A DNA stretch of 64,000 nucleotides, from NCBI RefSeq assembly GCF_000181795.1, contig NW_003526943.1:5387806-5451805 (forward strand). The letters are read 5' to 3'. Within the stretch, counting starts at the first letter, position 1; each line of letters starts with the position of its first letter. This document shows positions 27,801 through 42,059 of the stretch, piece by piece. The translations under genes and the position numbers were made by a program. The notes below the pieces were generated by a model that worked only from the letters and a program-made list of their open reading frames with translations, had not been told where the DNA came from and made no database searches. This DNA is from Trichinella spiralis (Eukaryota).

Positions 27801-28316
27801 TTTATGAATTTGCTGCCATGTAAAAAACAAGAGCTGGATTTGTTAGGCTACATGGTACGGTTTCTGTACTGTACAAGACGAGCACAATTTTACAAATTGA
27901 TTTCTAGGAATCATCCGCTTTGAAAAGTGAAACTTTGTCATTGACACGTACACAATGCTCCACTTATCCAGATATTTCTGGTTTATTACCTTATAAGCCA
28001 AGAGAGTGTCCGAAAGGTAAGAATGTGTTGTCGATAATATTGTTTATTTGAATCAAAGGATGAAATCTTCAAATAAATCCAAAATAATTGTCATTTTTTA
28101 GGATTTTTCCATTACGTTGCTGGCGGTATATTTCCTCCACCTGCTGAAGTTGCCAAAGTTCTTAGCGTTTTGCCTCCGCCAGGTTGTTTTCATGGACCAT
28201 TTGTGAAAGTTGACGATTTATTTCAATTTGTGGAAGAAAATTTAAAATCTTTCAAACCGAAAAATGTTACTGGCCGCGAATGTCCAAAAGAATTTCCAGT
28301 ACAACGTCTTCAATAA
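24876..28316 (+). CDS. CSTF3: Cleavage stimulation factor 77 kDa subunit (HAT repeats)
   Basis: [69 protein letters not shown] and [17 protein letters not shown] are all CstF-77/Su(f) motifs. Confidence 0.93.
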
Positions 28317-29221
28317 TAATGACATCATCGAATTTTACATTATAATAATTTTACGAAGTGCTTCTTTTTTCACGTTAGATGATTATTATTTTTTGTTACT
28401 GTTTGTTATTTTGTCGTGTTAATTCGTACGAAAAAACATTAAACTTCTATATATTTATATATTTAGAAATTCAATTGTTTATACAACGCCAATTTTATTC
28501 GTTTCGTTCATTTGGAGAAAGATGGTTGAATTCAAACTGAATACTAAACGTGATTAGCATTGTTTAAATAAAAATACTAATAACAATTGGCTTTGATTAA
28601 TAATAACATGTCGAGTTCAATATTTATTTGGATGCTGTACACTTAGAATATGTGATTTATGGATTAACAGCCCTACTTTTTATTTCATGCATTAGCGAAA
28701 GCAATTTCAAATGCTTCAAAAGTCTGCCTTAAAGAATTGAGTGCCAAAAAATGAAAAACATAAATTTAATTTCGCAAAAAAGTTTAAGCTCATTTTAAGC
28801 TTCAGCATAACCGTGACTGCACAATAAGCTCAGCTAAAACATTGTCAAATGCCTCGTGCAGTATAGATAATAAAATCATATTCTAAATGCTTTAATGAAA
28901 ATAATTTAATTTTTCAACATTTTTGTATTAAAAACAAAAATATGGTCTATTTGATTTCTCTATTTATGAAGCCTATTGCATTTGAAAATTTGAACTTGAT
29001 TTTCAACTAATTGAAAATACTGTATTTCATTTTTGTTTTAGTTATTTTTGTGGTAAAATTGGAGCATTTTTATGATTGCATTTTCAAAATGAATATTCTG
29101 TATAATAGAAACTTTATGTTATGCAAAAAATAAGATTACTGATTCATAAATAATGTATATAATTTTTCGAATTGCAGCCATTTTTTAGAAGTACAAATTT
29201 GCATTCGTTGCGGCCAGCACC

Positions 29222-31373
29222 ATGACTGGATTTAATAGTGCAGGTAATCAATCATGTTGTTCATGTAATGTTTTAATATTTCGTAGAGTTTGGCACTGAT
29301 ATGCTTATTAGTGCAGTTGTTAAAGATGTTTGATGATTTCTGATCAGTACGTTTTGTTTTAGATGATCTCGGCGCGTTGGTGCTTGATCCAGGTCATCAT
29401 TCTTTCAGAATTGGATACGCAGGAGATGATAATCCGAAGGTATATTTTTAGCTATCGTTTTTGCATCTTCACGCTTGTAAAATTTGGTGCGAGAAACTGA
29501 TGGTTTATTAAATTGTGTTTATTTCGTCAACTAAAATGCAGAGCTGCTTTCAGCTTGACTTGCCAGGTGTTTATGGCTACATTGACGACACGCTGGTCAG
29601 CGGAGATGACACTGCTGATGGTGATTTGCTGCAAGGTGGTGGATATGCGTCGAATAATAAATTTCGCAAATACTTCATTGGTACAAACGCTATACATGTT
29701 CCCAGAGCTGAAGTTGAATATGGATCCTTTTTGCAGGATGGACTAAGTAAGTTAGAAATGTATTTATGAATGCAGTTTTATATGTGAAAATTTTAGTTAA
29801 TGATTGGGATATGTTTGAAAATGTCTTAATGCACGCTTTTAATATTTTTTTCATGGAAAATACTTGCAATTATCCAATTCTATTTTCTGAAGCTTCAGTA
29901 AGTATGCAAAAATAAGTTCGTAGTTTTGATTGTTATAAGTTTTGTTCTTTAGTGGAATACAAGAACTAAACGAGAACGATTAACAGAAGTTATGTTCGAA
30001 AAATTTGGCATACCTGCATTTTATGTTGCGAAAAACTCCGTTTTAGCCGCGTATGATTGAATTATTATTCTTGTTGATAAATTTGAAAAAGTCTGCTTTA
30101 CAGTTTTGCGAACGGAAGGCAGACGGCCATAGTGCTCGACAGTGGGGCAACGCATACAACTGCTTCTCCCGTTTACGATGGATTTTGCATGACCAATGGT
30201 AATATTTTTTCTTTATTCAACTTTGATTGTTTGTTGCAGATGTTCTAAAATTGTGTTATCAATTTGAAGCAATTGTGAAAACCTCGCTCGGTGGCATTGC
30301 CTTAAATAATCATATCAAAAAATTATTCCAAGAAATTGGAATTGAAGTAATTCCGAAATACATGGTAAAATCCAAACAGCCCGTTTCCGAGGGTCACCCA
30401 CCTAGATGGAAGAAAAAGAAAAATCTTCCCGAAGTAACGTCATCTTTTCATGACTTTGGTATCAAGGTAATCTGTTTTTATTTATTCGATGAGAAAATTT
30501 TTCTAATATGATTTTTCTATTCTCTATCAGGAAGTATTGGAAGATTTCAAAGCATCGGTTTGTCAAGTTTCAGATGCTGCTTTGGATCCAATGTAATAAT
30601 AAAAATCCCTTGATTAGAATTGATTTCTTGTTTAAATTTGTACAAAAGCATTTTTTTTAGCATTGTGGACAAGTTTCCCAGAGTGAATTTTGAATTTCCA
30701 AACGGATTCAGTGTAGATTTTGGTCGTGAGCGTTTTGAAGTTGGAGAAGCATTGTTTGACTTGTCTTACTTAAAAGTATATAATTTTATTTTTTTGAACC
30801 ATATTTTGCTAAATTATTGTCAGCTTTTTCAGGGAGAAAACATTCAGCCTGCATTATCCGTGAGCAGTGCTGTACACACTAGTGTCAATATATGTGACAG
30901 TGATTACAGAACTGTAAGCTTTGCTTTCATGTGTCCATTGGAAAAAGATGAGATAATTTCATTTTCAGGCTTTGTACAACTCTGTCGTTGTTACTGGCGG
31001 TAATTCATTACTGTCCGGGTTTGTCGATCGATTTATACATGAAGTTAATACGAGAAGTTCATCAGTAATTTTCAACTTTTTCCTTCATTCGGTCGTCATT
31101 TATGTGTACGTATATCTGTCTGTATGTTGAATTATAGAATGCAAAAGTGAAAATTCACAGTGCCGTGACGGCATCAGAGCGTCGATTTGGAGCATGGATT
31201 GGAGGATCAATTTTAGCTTCATTAGTAAGCAAAAAATACCTTTTAATTAATTAGTTATTTGGAAGGTTATAAGAAAAGTGATCATATTTCAGGCTAATTT
31301 TCAACAGATGTGGATCAGCAAACAAGAATATGAAGAAACTGGACGTGGAATTGTTGAAAAGAAATGTCCTTGA
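29222..31373 (+). CDS. ACTL6A: Nuclear actin-related protein ARP4/BAF53 (ACTL6-like)
   Basis: [101 protein letters not shown]. Confidence 0.93.
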
Positions 31374-33303
31374 AAATGTTAATGATGTTATTATATGTAA
31401 ATTTACCAATGTATTCATTTATTATGCCTGAGCTTTATCATCAAGTTTCTTAAACGCACATACACACACAGACACAATGGTATTTAATCTGTCAGTAGAA
31501 GCATTTTTATTTTGCATGCATTGTAATAAACATTTGAATTTATTTGAAAAATTCAAATTTCAATCAATTTCATGTTGCTTGTAATTTTTTGGATAAAAGT
31601 TGTAATATGTTTCAAATAAACCAGCACTAGATAAAGTAGACGGAGAAAAGAATAAGAGTTGCTTTGCAATAAATGCAATGCTCTTCATATGTATGTGTAG
31701 AAGAAATGTCGCATTTATTTAATGTGGAAAATGTTGATCATCAAATTGAGAACATTTACAATGAATTTGAATGTGTAATCTGAGATGATGATAAACTGTG
31801 CTATCAGTTCATCGTATGTATTGATTTTCAACGAGCAGTGTGTCCAATGTGGAAATTGATGCTACTATTTATAAAATGAATTTGCATTTTCAATGAAAGT
31901 GTTACTTTTTTCTATTTTCATTTTTTCCACTGAATATTTGCAACATTGTTTCACAGAATTGGATCAGTAAACAATGGCAATTGCATTTTTCCAAAGTTTA
32001 AGAGTTTTCAACTGCTGCAGCAAAAGTCTCAAAGACCTTTGCTACCGGCTGGTCTATTATGCATCCCGGCTATTCATTGTCTGCATTCTGCTTGGCCGGT
32101 CTCAAGTTGTCCCACAACTTTCACTCAAAATTATTGTTATTCCACTTTTCACCATTTTCACCTTCGCCAAACGGGTTGGCTCGGTGCATTCTTGAATTCG
32201 GTAATGAAAATCTGTTGCTTTATTATTATATGCTTTTTTTTTCTTTTGCTTTTCTGAAAGAAAATTACAGTAATATTGAAGATGAGAGCAATCAACAACA
32301 ACAACAACAACAAAATTATGCAACACTGAAGTTAACTTTTGCGTTAAGTTGCAATTTTACAATAGCAGTATTGAACAATTACAACATTAGCAATGAGAAT
32401 ATTCGCCTTGATAAAAATGGTCCCTGTTTTTTTTTCATTCACATAAATTTTATTCAAATCAAATTCAGACAACTGGAGAAAAAGTTCCCGTCATCGATGA
32501 TGCTAATTTCAATAAACTTCGTCATCAATTTCGTCTCTCGTAAATTAGAAAAAAAAATATACATTCGCAATTTTCAATAACGTTATACGCAATTCATTGT
32601 TATAATTACGTGAAAATCTTCTAATTAAAAAAAGATTACGTTGAAATGGTTCATGATTTATCAACTTATCAACTAGAACGTGAATCAGTCTGTGCGTATT
32701 TGTTAATTGTTTTTTTTGATTATTTAAAATACAATACATACTATCAGTATACAATTCTGCTAAATTTTGCATATCAAACATTCGAACTTTGAAAGTTCAG
32801 AACCTTATACTGTACATCCATACTGTACCTTTTCTGGAATTTAAAGCAACATGATCGCAAATCCGATAAATGGCATCATTAAATATCCTAATCGTCAATT
32901 ATTTTGAACTAACTCTCTACAGTTTATAGTTATACGATGAATTTTAAAATAATACTTAAATAAAAGTGTTAATTTTTAAAATTTGTGATAAATTGAGCCC
33001 TTAAGAGACGTGATTACCTATTTACTCTTCGCATCCATCTTATGGTAGTGTTTTCTTTTCAACTGTGCTTTCATTATTATTTATTGACGCGTAATTTGCT
33101 CGTTGTGCAATTTCTGAAATAGCCCGTTTTAAATTTTCAAATCGAACTTGCACTTTTTTTAAACATCCAAAGATTTATTTGTCGAAGAATCACTTCCAGT
33201 TGAGGATTTTCTACATAACACCGTCAGTGTTTCCATTCGAAACGTTTTACCTGTTGTTTAAACAAATCGTTGCGTGCACCAGTAAAGCAGTCGCGTCTAA
33301 TTG

Positions 33304-35685
33304 ATGGGCAAAGAAAGCACTGTTAGCCGATTGGATGATTCTGACAGGTCCCTTTGGGCGATTTCTTCTCTCTATAAAGCTGATCGTTTTTTTTCTTTTA
33401 TTTTTTTTGTTACAGTAATGCCGCACAAAATATGAATGATGAAGATGAACCAGCTGAAACTTCCGCGCCGGTGTGCGAAGATTTAAGAATGGCCTGCAAC
33501 CTTCCCCCGCCCGGTGCCATCAGTTCATCAGAAGGAAGTTGTAATGATTCTCAGAATCTTGTTCGACAATTGCGACGACGTTTCAGTCGACGTAACTTTT
33601 GTTTTTTGTTTATAATTTGAAAATATTTTAAAATTTAAATACTTCAACCCACGAAATATTAGGATGTAATTATTAAACGAGGAAGCCATATTTATGAAAA
33701 GTTTTTTTTTAATTTGAAGTTATGTTTTCTCTTGTTTTTGTGCTGATTACACGCATGATATGATCGCATGCATTTGTAAGTAAATCTTATTCAACAGTTG
33801 CTTTAGCATTTTCATTATTTGATCAGCTTTTAAATAGTCATTTGAACATTGTATTAGTGCGATAATTTTAACTTTCCACCACATATCCCCGTATTTGACG
33901 CATATCTTTGACGGGAAAACAAATATTAGTCCATTTTTTTCATTACTTTCGCAATTTGACCACATAATATTGTTCCTATTTATTCCTATTCATTTATGTG
34001 TATAAAATTTCCCCTTCACACTCCACTTTTTTATACATTAACTTTTTTTGAAAAATTAATTACACTTTTTTCAATTAACTTTTAAGAGATCATCTTTTAC
34101 ATTTAGAAAAAACAAATCAAAAGTACTTTTTTAATGTGTAAAGTGAAAGATTTCTTATTAGCCATTTTGAAAACATCTTTCTACAATTTTTTCGTTTGGT
34201 AGTTTAGTTTATATTTGCATTCATGTGATGTGAATAATTCATCGAGTCGGATTTTTCATTACTCCATTGATGAAAGATTAATTCTGCTTATGATGTAGTT
34301 GAAAAATAGCAGTTGTGTCGTTATATAAAAATAATATTCATGGAAATGCATTCAAATTTTGAAAGAAGTTACTTGTTTGCGTTTTAGTTTGTGCGGAAAT
34401 CCACAGTAAGATTGTTTTTGTTTTCAAGTACTTGAATACATTTTGTTAAATAAATTTAAATTAAATTGAAATATTAGAAAATCGAATTACAAGACTTCAT
34501 TTTTGAGTATTTTTAATCCAGTAAATGATTGTTTTACATTTCTTGGTTTAATTTAATTGAAATGAAAAGTTAAAATTTTCATTGCTTAGTATGGTTCAAG
34601 AGGAAATTCTTGCAGCGAAACAGTCTTCAATTCATTCATATATTCAGTATTAATTTAATTGTATTATTAATTTATATGGCAATTGTTGCTTTCTTTTTTT
34701 TTCCAAAAATATATTCATTTAATAAAAAAATATTATTTACAGAACCATGGCGCCGCAGATGGTGGTGGATGGATTCGACAAGCATTTGCTACGGTGTGAT
34801 TTCTTTGTTAATGATTAGCGTCGGTATTTTAATTTCAGTACTTACTTCGAAAAGTGAAGCTTTAGTTATAACATACGATCGTCGTGGTGAGTTCATCTCG
34901 TGGTTTGGAATAACATTTTGAGCATAATTTTTTTTCTGTTCTGCAGGGACCTCGCCGCAAGTTTGGATTGTAGGACCAATTTTTGTTATCTGCGGAGTTT
35001 TGGTGCTAATGAAAGCCATTACCCGGCTTTACAAAATGTTCAATCCTGAGCCATTTAATTTTGTATAATTGTGTTTTCCTTTTAATTAATTAATTGCATA
35101 ATTTTTTGGACTTTTTTGGTTTTAGTTTTCGACAAATTCTAGTCAAAGTGTTGATGGAACTTGTCCAGTTCTTCCTTCTTACAGCATGGCTTTGGATGCG
35201 CCTATTCCAAGTACAGTCATCGAAGATGTTAGCTAAATTAACATTCATAAGTAATTTTTATATGTAATATTTTTATTCATTTTACGAAAACTTTTAGGAA
35301 GACAAAAGTTTCGAACCGATTAGCACGGAAGATATTGACCATGAAAGCTCATCTTTTTTTAATATGCAACCACCTCCAACATATACTGAAGCACTGCAGT
35401 ATGTTAGATTTGTGCAAATTATGCGGATATGATTAATAATGAAGAAAAATTTCATTGCTTTTTTCAAAACTTGTACATTGCAGAATTTTACGTCAAAGTA
35501 TACGGCGAAGAGAAATGCCCGAAACATGGACCGACCTGCCATCAACATCGTCGAATTTTTTCGCTTCACGTACATCTAGCTTACATCGACTGACAACCGT
35601 ATGCCGGTGGCGTCGTGAGAAAGTTACCAGAAGACGAGCAATCCGATGTCACAGTTGGGCAGGTCCAACGTCGACAAGCAACTGA
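33304..35685 (+). CDS. Uncharacterised two-transmembrane protein with cytoplasmic PY motifs (7 predicted exons)
   Basis: Phase-compatible exons give MGKESTVSR...WRRRWWWMDSTSICYGVISLLMISVGILISVLT...VWIVGPIFVICGVLVLMKAI...VLPSYSMAL...QPPPTYTEALQILRQ...stop. Confidence 0.7.
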
Positions 35686-36182
35686 AGCAGGAAACAGAAC
35701 AAGAATCCTCCTCCAATTGATCGTCATTTCATTTATTTTATTATTATTATTATTTCACTCAATTGATTCATCCCGTCGTTTGCAGAACATCGTTGCTCAG
35801 CGCTTTTTTTTGTCCGTTGCTCTATTTCCAAAAATTTTGCACATTGTTATCATTTTTCGTTTCTTTTTAATGTGTATATATGGCAGAAAACAGTGTTATC
35901 CTTTTTTACGAGGAAATGTTATATAAATTTGCATTTTTGCTCAGACACAAGTTACTCGCTTTTTGCATGAAATATTATTTGAAATAAAGATCAACATCGC
36001 ATTTTGTGCCTTCTTTTTGTTCAAATTATACTTTTTTTTCATATAATTTTGTATCAAAAGAAATACTAGTATTGAAATTTTTGCATTTAATTTCTTGAAA
36101 TAAAAAAAGAACTGATTGCCACGAGTAATTTATTTTAGTAAAATGAAAAATAATTTCCAAATTTCTTCCAACTGAAGCAATT

Positions 36183-37728
36183 TCACTGATTTCGTTTGAA
36201 AATACTATTGTAATAGTACAAAAGCTGCAATCGACTTTCGCGTATATCATCCAATGCTCTAAATGAATCTAATTTGAATTAACCAACTAATGTATTAAAA
36301 AATCTTCATTAAACAAATAGTTGTACCTGTGCATTTCTTTTTTCTCAGGGGTGTTAGCAGTGACATCTGGTAACCAACGTCTAATGATAACAATAATTGA
36401 ACATTACACAATGTTGAACATACAGTCGTCCCTCGACATTCGCGGATTTGTGATAACTGACTGATATTATTGGAAGAGGCAAAATAAATGAAAACTGCAG
36501 TTTTTATCCAACGTATCCGGTTATCATTAACAAATGGTCTCGTTGGGAACAACATGGGATCGAAAAACCCGAATGCAGCGATAACGATACTTTTTAAAAT
36601 AGGATAGTCCATCCACTTCTGGCGAGTTTGCACGCATGAACGCACACCCACAATGTGGACTGTTATGCACTCAATCGACCGAATAAACATTATAAATATG
36701 GAATAAATATTTAACATGCAAATCAGTAGACGCTCTGTGATATCCCATGCAGTTTTTAGGGAACTGCGTAAGACAATAAGACATCAGCGGAGCGTGTGAA
36801 TAGAAGCGACAAGTATTCGCGGTACATCGGAACTCACATACCACGAATGTTGAGGGACAACTGCATTACAAAAACAGCTACACGTTTTAAAACAGTCAAT
36901 ACATAGTAAACGAACAATGTCACTCTTCAAATCTGAATTATTAAAAACTTCATTTATGATAAAAAAATGATTTACTTGCACAGTTCAGCTATAGTAGTGA
37001 CATCCACATTTCTATAGTGAATATGCTTCGCCAAATCAGGCATGTACTTTTCAATAAACTGACGATCTCGGCCAATAGAATTGCCAGCTAAAGGACACAA
37101 TCCAGGAGATGTGTGCAAACTAAGAAATTCAAGCATCTGCTTTTCAGCTACTTTCTCTGTAACAGTACTTTGTTGAACTGCTTCAGTAAGACCTGTCTAA
37201 AATTGAAATTCAATATAAAAATCATCCCCCCAAATACCCATAATTAAAATGTACAATTATTCTGAAAAAATGGATTTCAATATCACCTTCCCATGCTGCG
37301 TTTTGCACCATTCATTCATGTTGGCCAATAATGCATCATCTTGATGTATGATAATATTTGGACCCTTAAAAAAAGAATTGAACATAAAGTAATTGAAAAT
37401 TTAAAATGTTGAAATCTTGCCTCGGCTACGATAGTCAAATTTTCATCTCCTTCAGTTACCATACATGCAATTTCCATCAACCGATCATTATCGATGTCAA
37501 GCCCAGTCATCTGTTTAAATGATAAATATTTCAAAGTTCAACTAAATGGTTTATTTTAAACTTAAATACTTCACAATCTATCCATATTAATCGCAATGAC
37601 TTTGGATCAGTTGTCATAGTTGGGTTCCTATGTTCACGAACATCACTGTTTTGAAAAATCACGCTGTTAAAAAAAGAGAAAAACCTTCGAATGTACCTGG
37701 ATGTTTTCTGAGAAGCTTGAACAGACAT
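36183..37728 (-). CDS. REXO2: Oligoribonuclease REXO2/Orn (DEDDh exonuclease); start at 37728 or 37617
   Basis: LIWIDCE|MTGLD, EWCKTQHGK|TGL, CPLAGNSIGRDRQFIEKYMP, HYRNVDVTTIAELC, RWLP...EMHRALDDIRES. Catalytic residues are present. Confidence 0.93.
36423..36863. mobile_element. Non-autonomous pogo/Tigger-type MITE (441 bp) inside a REXO2 intron
   Basis: 23-bp TIRs: CAGTCGTCCCTCGACATTCGCGG (36423-36445) versus the reverse complement of 36841-36863, CAGTTGTCCCTCAACATTCGTGG (20/23 identical). Left flank TA, right flank CA. The host intron is about 10x longer than its neighbours. Confidence 0.8.
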
Positions 37729-38808
37729 CCCTAAATAATATAAAAGAATTATGATATGACATGATATATGTTACGAATGACGGTCCCATAGTGAATAATA
37801 TAGTTCTACTTAATTCATCATGTGAAATATCACAAACTTGGATAAACTGACTATAAAATAAATAAACTTTATTTACAGTAAATCTAAAAATAGATAGGTA
37901 CATACTGTATGTAAATAGACAAGTTAAATTCAGTTGAAGGAAACGTAAAAGAGAATTTTGACCTCAACTGCTTATTCACAGAATACTTGAAATAACTCTT
38001 TCATTTATTTGCTCGCATTATTCTATAAGAGGAATTTTATTCATTTCTTTGTTTCAAATAATAGACATAGTTGTGAAGTTTAATACCAGTTTCATTAAAT
38101 TAGGAGTAAAGTTTATACTTCTGTAAAATTAATAATTTGTAACTTATATGTTAAAATTAATTTTTATTTTCAACATTCTCGAGATACAGTATATACAAAG
38201 CTATTGTACTTGTAAGTCATATTACGGTTTACATAAGCATTTATGAAACTTTTGTTTCATTCTGAATAGTTTTTCTAATTATTAGAATACGAGATTTATT
38301 ATTTTTATGGAATAAATTTTTAATATTTAACAACTGCTTCTTTATTTACTAGCATTTCATGAGCAAATTGTTTGATTGTTTTGTTGTTTAATTTATGGTA
38401 TAATAGAATTTAGCATATTATGATTAATTTATATAAATCATAAAAGAATCTTTTAGACAGTTTATTCCTAATAATTGAATTATTGAAGATAAATAGCCAT
38501 ATAAAATATTTTTTGTCTTTTTCTGAACGACCTACTTATTGAACTTGATTTGTAAAAAGTTAATAAAGCAATCTTCACGGCAACGCTGATCTTTGATCAT
38601 TTATTAAAATTAATTTGAATAATTTACATTTATGAATTTTTAATATTTTTTAACATGTTTTTTTAATTTATTTTTTTAAATAAAAAGCGGTGGTGTTCCA
38701 ATGTCTTTTGCTTTGAAAGTGTGCTATGCAACTGGAGCTTTTTGTTTTTTCTTAAACGTTTGCATTTATAATGCTTTTTATATAAATTGTTTAGGTATTC
38801 TGTCTGCA

Positions 38809-41335
38809 ATGCATACTTTGTTTCTACTCTATGAACACGCCAGTGGATATGCGTTGTTCAGTACAAAGCAGTTTGAAGATGTGGGCAAGTTTTTACCACA
38901 GGTACAATTTGTATTGTGTAATTGCCTTTTTAGTATGGAAGATGTTTAGGTCGAAGGAAGTATTCTTGATTTTGGCAAATTCTCCACTCTTGTACAATTA
39001 TATGCTTATGAAGAATTTACTGATGCGGCCGAAGCGTTGAACAATTGCAATGCTATTAGCGAAGGTGAACTGCTTTTATCATGTTTTGTACGAATTTGCA
39101 AACATTTTAAAGACGTAATTTATATTTAATTAAGCATTTGTTGTAAATTTTAAATAGTTTAATTTGTTAATTTTGTCAACATTTATTTATTTTTGAGTTT
39201 TATTTTTATTTATTAATTTTAAAATATTATCAATAAGCTTGATTAAAATTTATCTCACATTTAGGTTTGATGCACAAAGATTTGCTCAATTTTCTGGCAA
39301 ACAGTTTACCAGGAGGAAGTGAATCACGTGAAAAATTGGGCGTTGGAGATTCAAGGTTGGGCCAAGCGATTTGCGAACAGTTTCCAAACGTGAAGTGCTT
39401 GCAAACGGACGCTGTGCCAGAAATATTGCGTGGCATTCGTTATCATTTTACAAGCTATTTTAAAAAAATGTCTCAACAAAATGAATTTATCACTCAGCTT
39501 GGTCTTGCTCATAGTTTTTCTCGCGGAAAGGTACGTTTAATTTTATCAACATTTTTACAATTATTTTCCATTTAAGGTTCAGTTCAACGTAAATCGTGTG
39601 GACAACATGATTATTCAAGCTGTCGGTTTGATTGATCAGTTGGAAAAGGATTGCAACAAATTTGTAATGCGAATTCGAGAATGGTATTAATTAACTGATT
39701 AATTTGTGTTTTTTGTTTTGTATATTAGAATTGTTTTTTGAAGGTATTCGTGTCACTTCCCTGAGCTAATTAAAATTGTGCCAGATCAATATGCTTACTG
39801 CCGCTGTGTGAAGTACATCGGTGATCGCAACAATCTAACTGAAGAAATGCTGCATGATTTAACTGGTAATATTATTTTTTAAAAATATTTTTGCATTCAG
39901 TTGTTATGTTACGGCAGTTTTTATTTTTTAATAATGAATTTTCAGAAATTGTTGGCGATGAAGAAAAAGCTGTTGAAATTTTGAACACTTCTCGATCATC
40001 GATGGGAATGGAAATCAGTGCGATGGATTTGATGAACATTAATCATTTCTGCGACTGTGTTATCAACATGCTGGATTATCGAAAACAGATGCAGAACTAT
40101 TTGAACGACCGCATGGAATGCTGTGCTCCAAATTTGGCCGTCGTAGTCGGTGATCAGGTAGGAAATGGGTTTTTCTTTTTTTTTACTTTTTTATATTTAA
40201 ATTTAATTTAATTTTAGATCGGCGCTAGGCTGATATCTCAGGCAGGCAGTTTGAGCAACCTTGCTAAATATCCAGCATCCACAATTCAAATACTTGGCGC
40301 TGAAAAAGCGTTGTTTCGAGCGTTGAAGAAAAAAGGTGTGAAAGCATTCTGTGAAATATTTTATTCATAATTTAATTATATTTATTGAAGGTAACACACC
40401 GAAATACGGTCTTCTTTTTCATTCACCATTCATAAGTCGTGCATCGTCGAAAAATAAAGGAAAAATTAGTCGATTTTTGGCTAACAAGTGTGCTATTGCA
40501 TCAAGATTGGACTATTTTTCCGACATTCCTGTTAATACATTTGGAAATTATTTGAAATCACAGGTATATTTTGAGAATTTATTTAAATATATCAATAATT
40601 ATAAATATTGCTTTGATTATTAGATCGAAGAACGTTTGAAATTATTTGACAGTGGAGAAATTCCTCGTAAAAACATTGAGGTTATGCATGAAGCCGTGTC
40701 TGAAGCAAAGTTGCAAGAAGTAAACCGATGTTGTTATTATTATGACGTAATTTATTTTATTATTATGATTTTTTTCAATTAAAAATAGCATACCGCATTG
40801 AAACATTTGAAGAAACAGTTGAAAGCAGAGAAGAAGGCAAAAGCTGCTATCATTGCTAGCTGTGAAGAAAGCTTTAACAATGGAACTGTATGAAATTTTT
40901 TTGTCTTTATAAACAATTTGTTTAATTTTACGTTGCTTTAAATGTTAATAATAATAAGTTTAATTTTTTATTCGAATATTTGAATTTGTTTTTAAGTTGA
41001 ATTGAAAAAATTCTTTTATAGCAAGATTCGATCAGTATGGAAAACGACTTTTTGGAAGACGCAAACTTCGAACAGATTGATGTTTCAGGTGAATATTTGA
41101 TGTAAATTAGTTTGTGTATTTTTAAATATATTTTTTTAATAATAATAGATAATGTATTGTTTGATTGTGACTGTTAATAAATGTGCATTATTTTAAAGCG
41201 AATAATTCCGCAGGAGAAACGAAGAAGAAGAAAAAGAAATCCAGGAATTCAATGGAATCAATGGAAATTGATGAAATGAAAAATGGAATTCCATTTCATA
41301 CTGAAGATGATGCTATAACAGTTAAAAGCACTTGA
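38809..41335 (+). CDS. NOP56: Nucleolar protein 56 (box C/D snoRNP)
   Basis: [94 protein letters not shown] and a lysine-rich tail. Confidence 0.95.
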
Positions 41336-42059
41336 AAAAGATAAACGTACAATGAAAGATAATTGTTGTTACAACTGAAAATTTGGAAATAAAGTTTTAA
41401 AGAGTGAATTTTTGTTTAACATGAAATTGTTAATAACAGTAATAATATGAGTGACTTTGCATTCCAGACAAAGTAATTGTTCCAGATTTTCAGAAAAAAC
41501 TGAAATTAAAAATTAATTTGCAAAAAGCAAAAAATTTTAGAATTTATTTTTCACTTTTACGATTATAATAAGTTTTATTATTCAACTATAGTAAGTAAAG
41601 ACCTGCAATTCGAAGTCACTTTTATAGTTTGAAATGATTCAAATGTTACATTCAATATTAAAGTTTATATATATGAAAGCGTGTGCTGTAGGATAATTTT
41701 TTATTAATACTTCATAATAAAATAATTTCACTTGGACCTGATGCATATTTGCTACATTCAATGTAGTAACTGGCATTTTTTGTGACTGTTCAATTTTGAA
41801 GTTTCGTGACATTATCTTAATACTGAAATATAATGCATTTGATCATAAATGATCCGTTTTTTGAATATTTTACAAAGTGTCAACATTGCATATAATAATT
41901 AAATGTTGATCCTCTTCATGAAATCAGATGAAAATGTATCAAGTTAACGTGACAATCATAATTATATACTGTAGTTTGAAGGTACGTTTGTCATTAAAAG
42001 ATCTCATTGAAATTAACTTTTCGGCATAAATTTTATAATTTGAGACTTTTTTGTTAAAA

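Noticed and set aside
36295..36717. 140-aa ORF overlapping the MITE
   Set aside because: No transposase motifs; it crosses a REXO2 exon out of frame. Treated as spurious.
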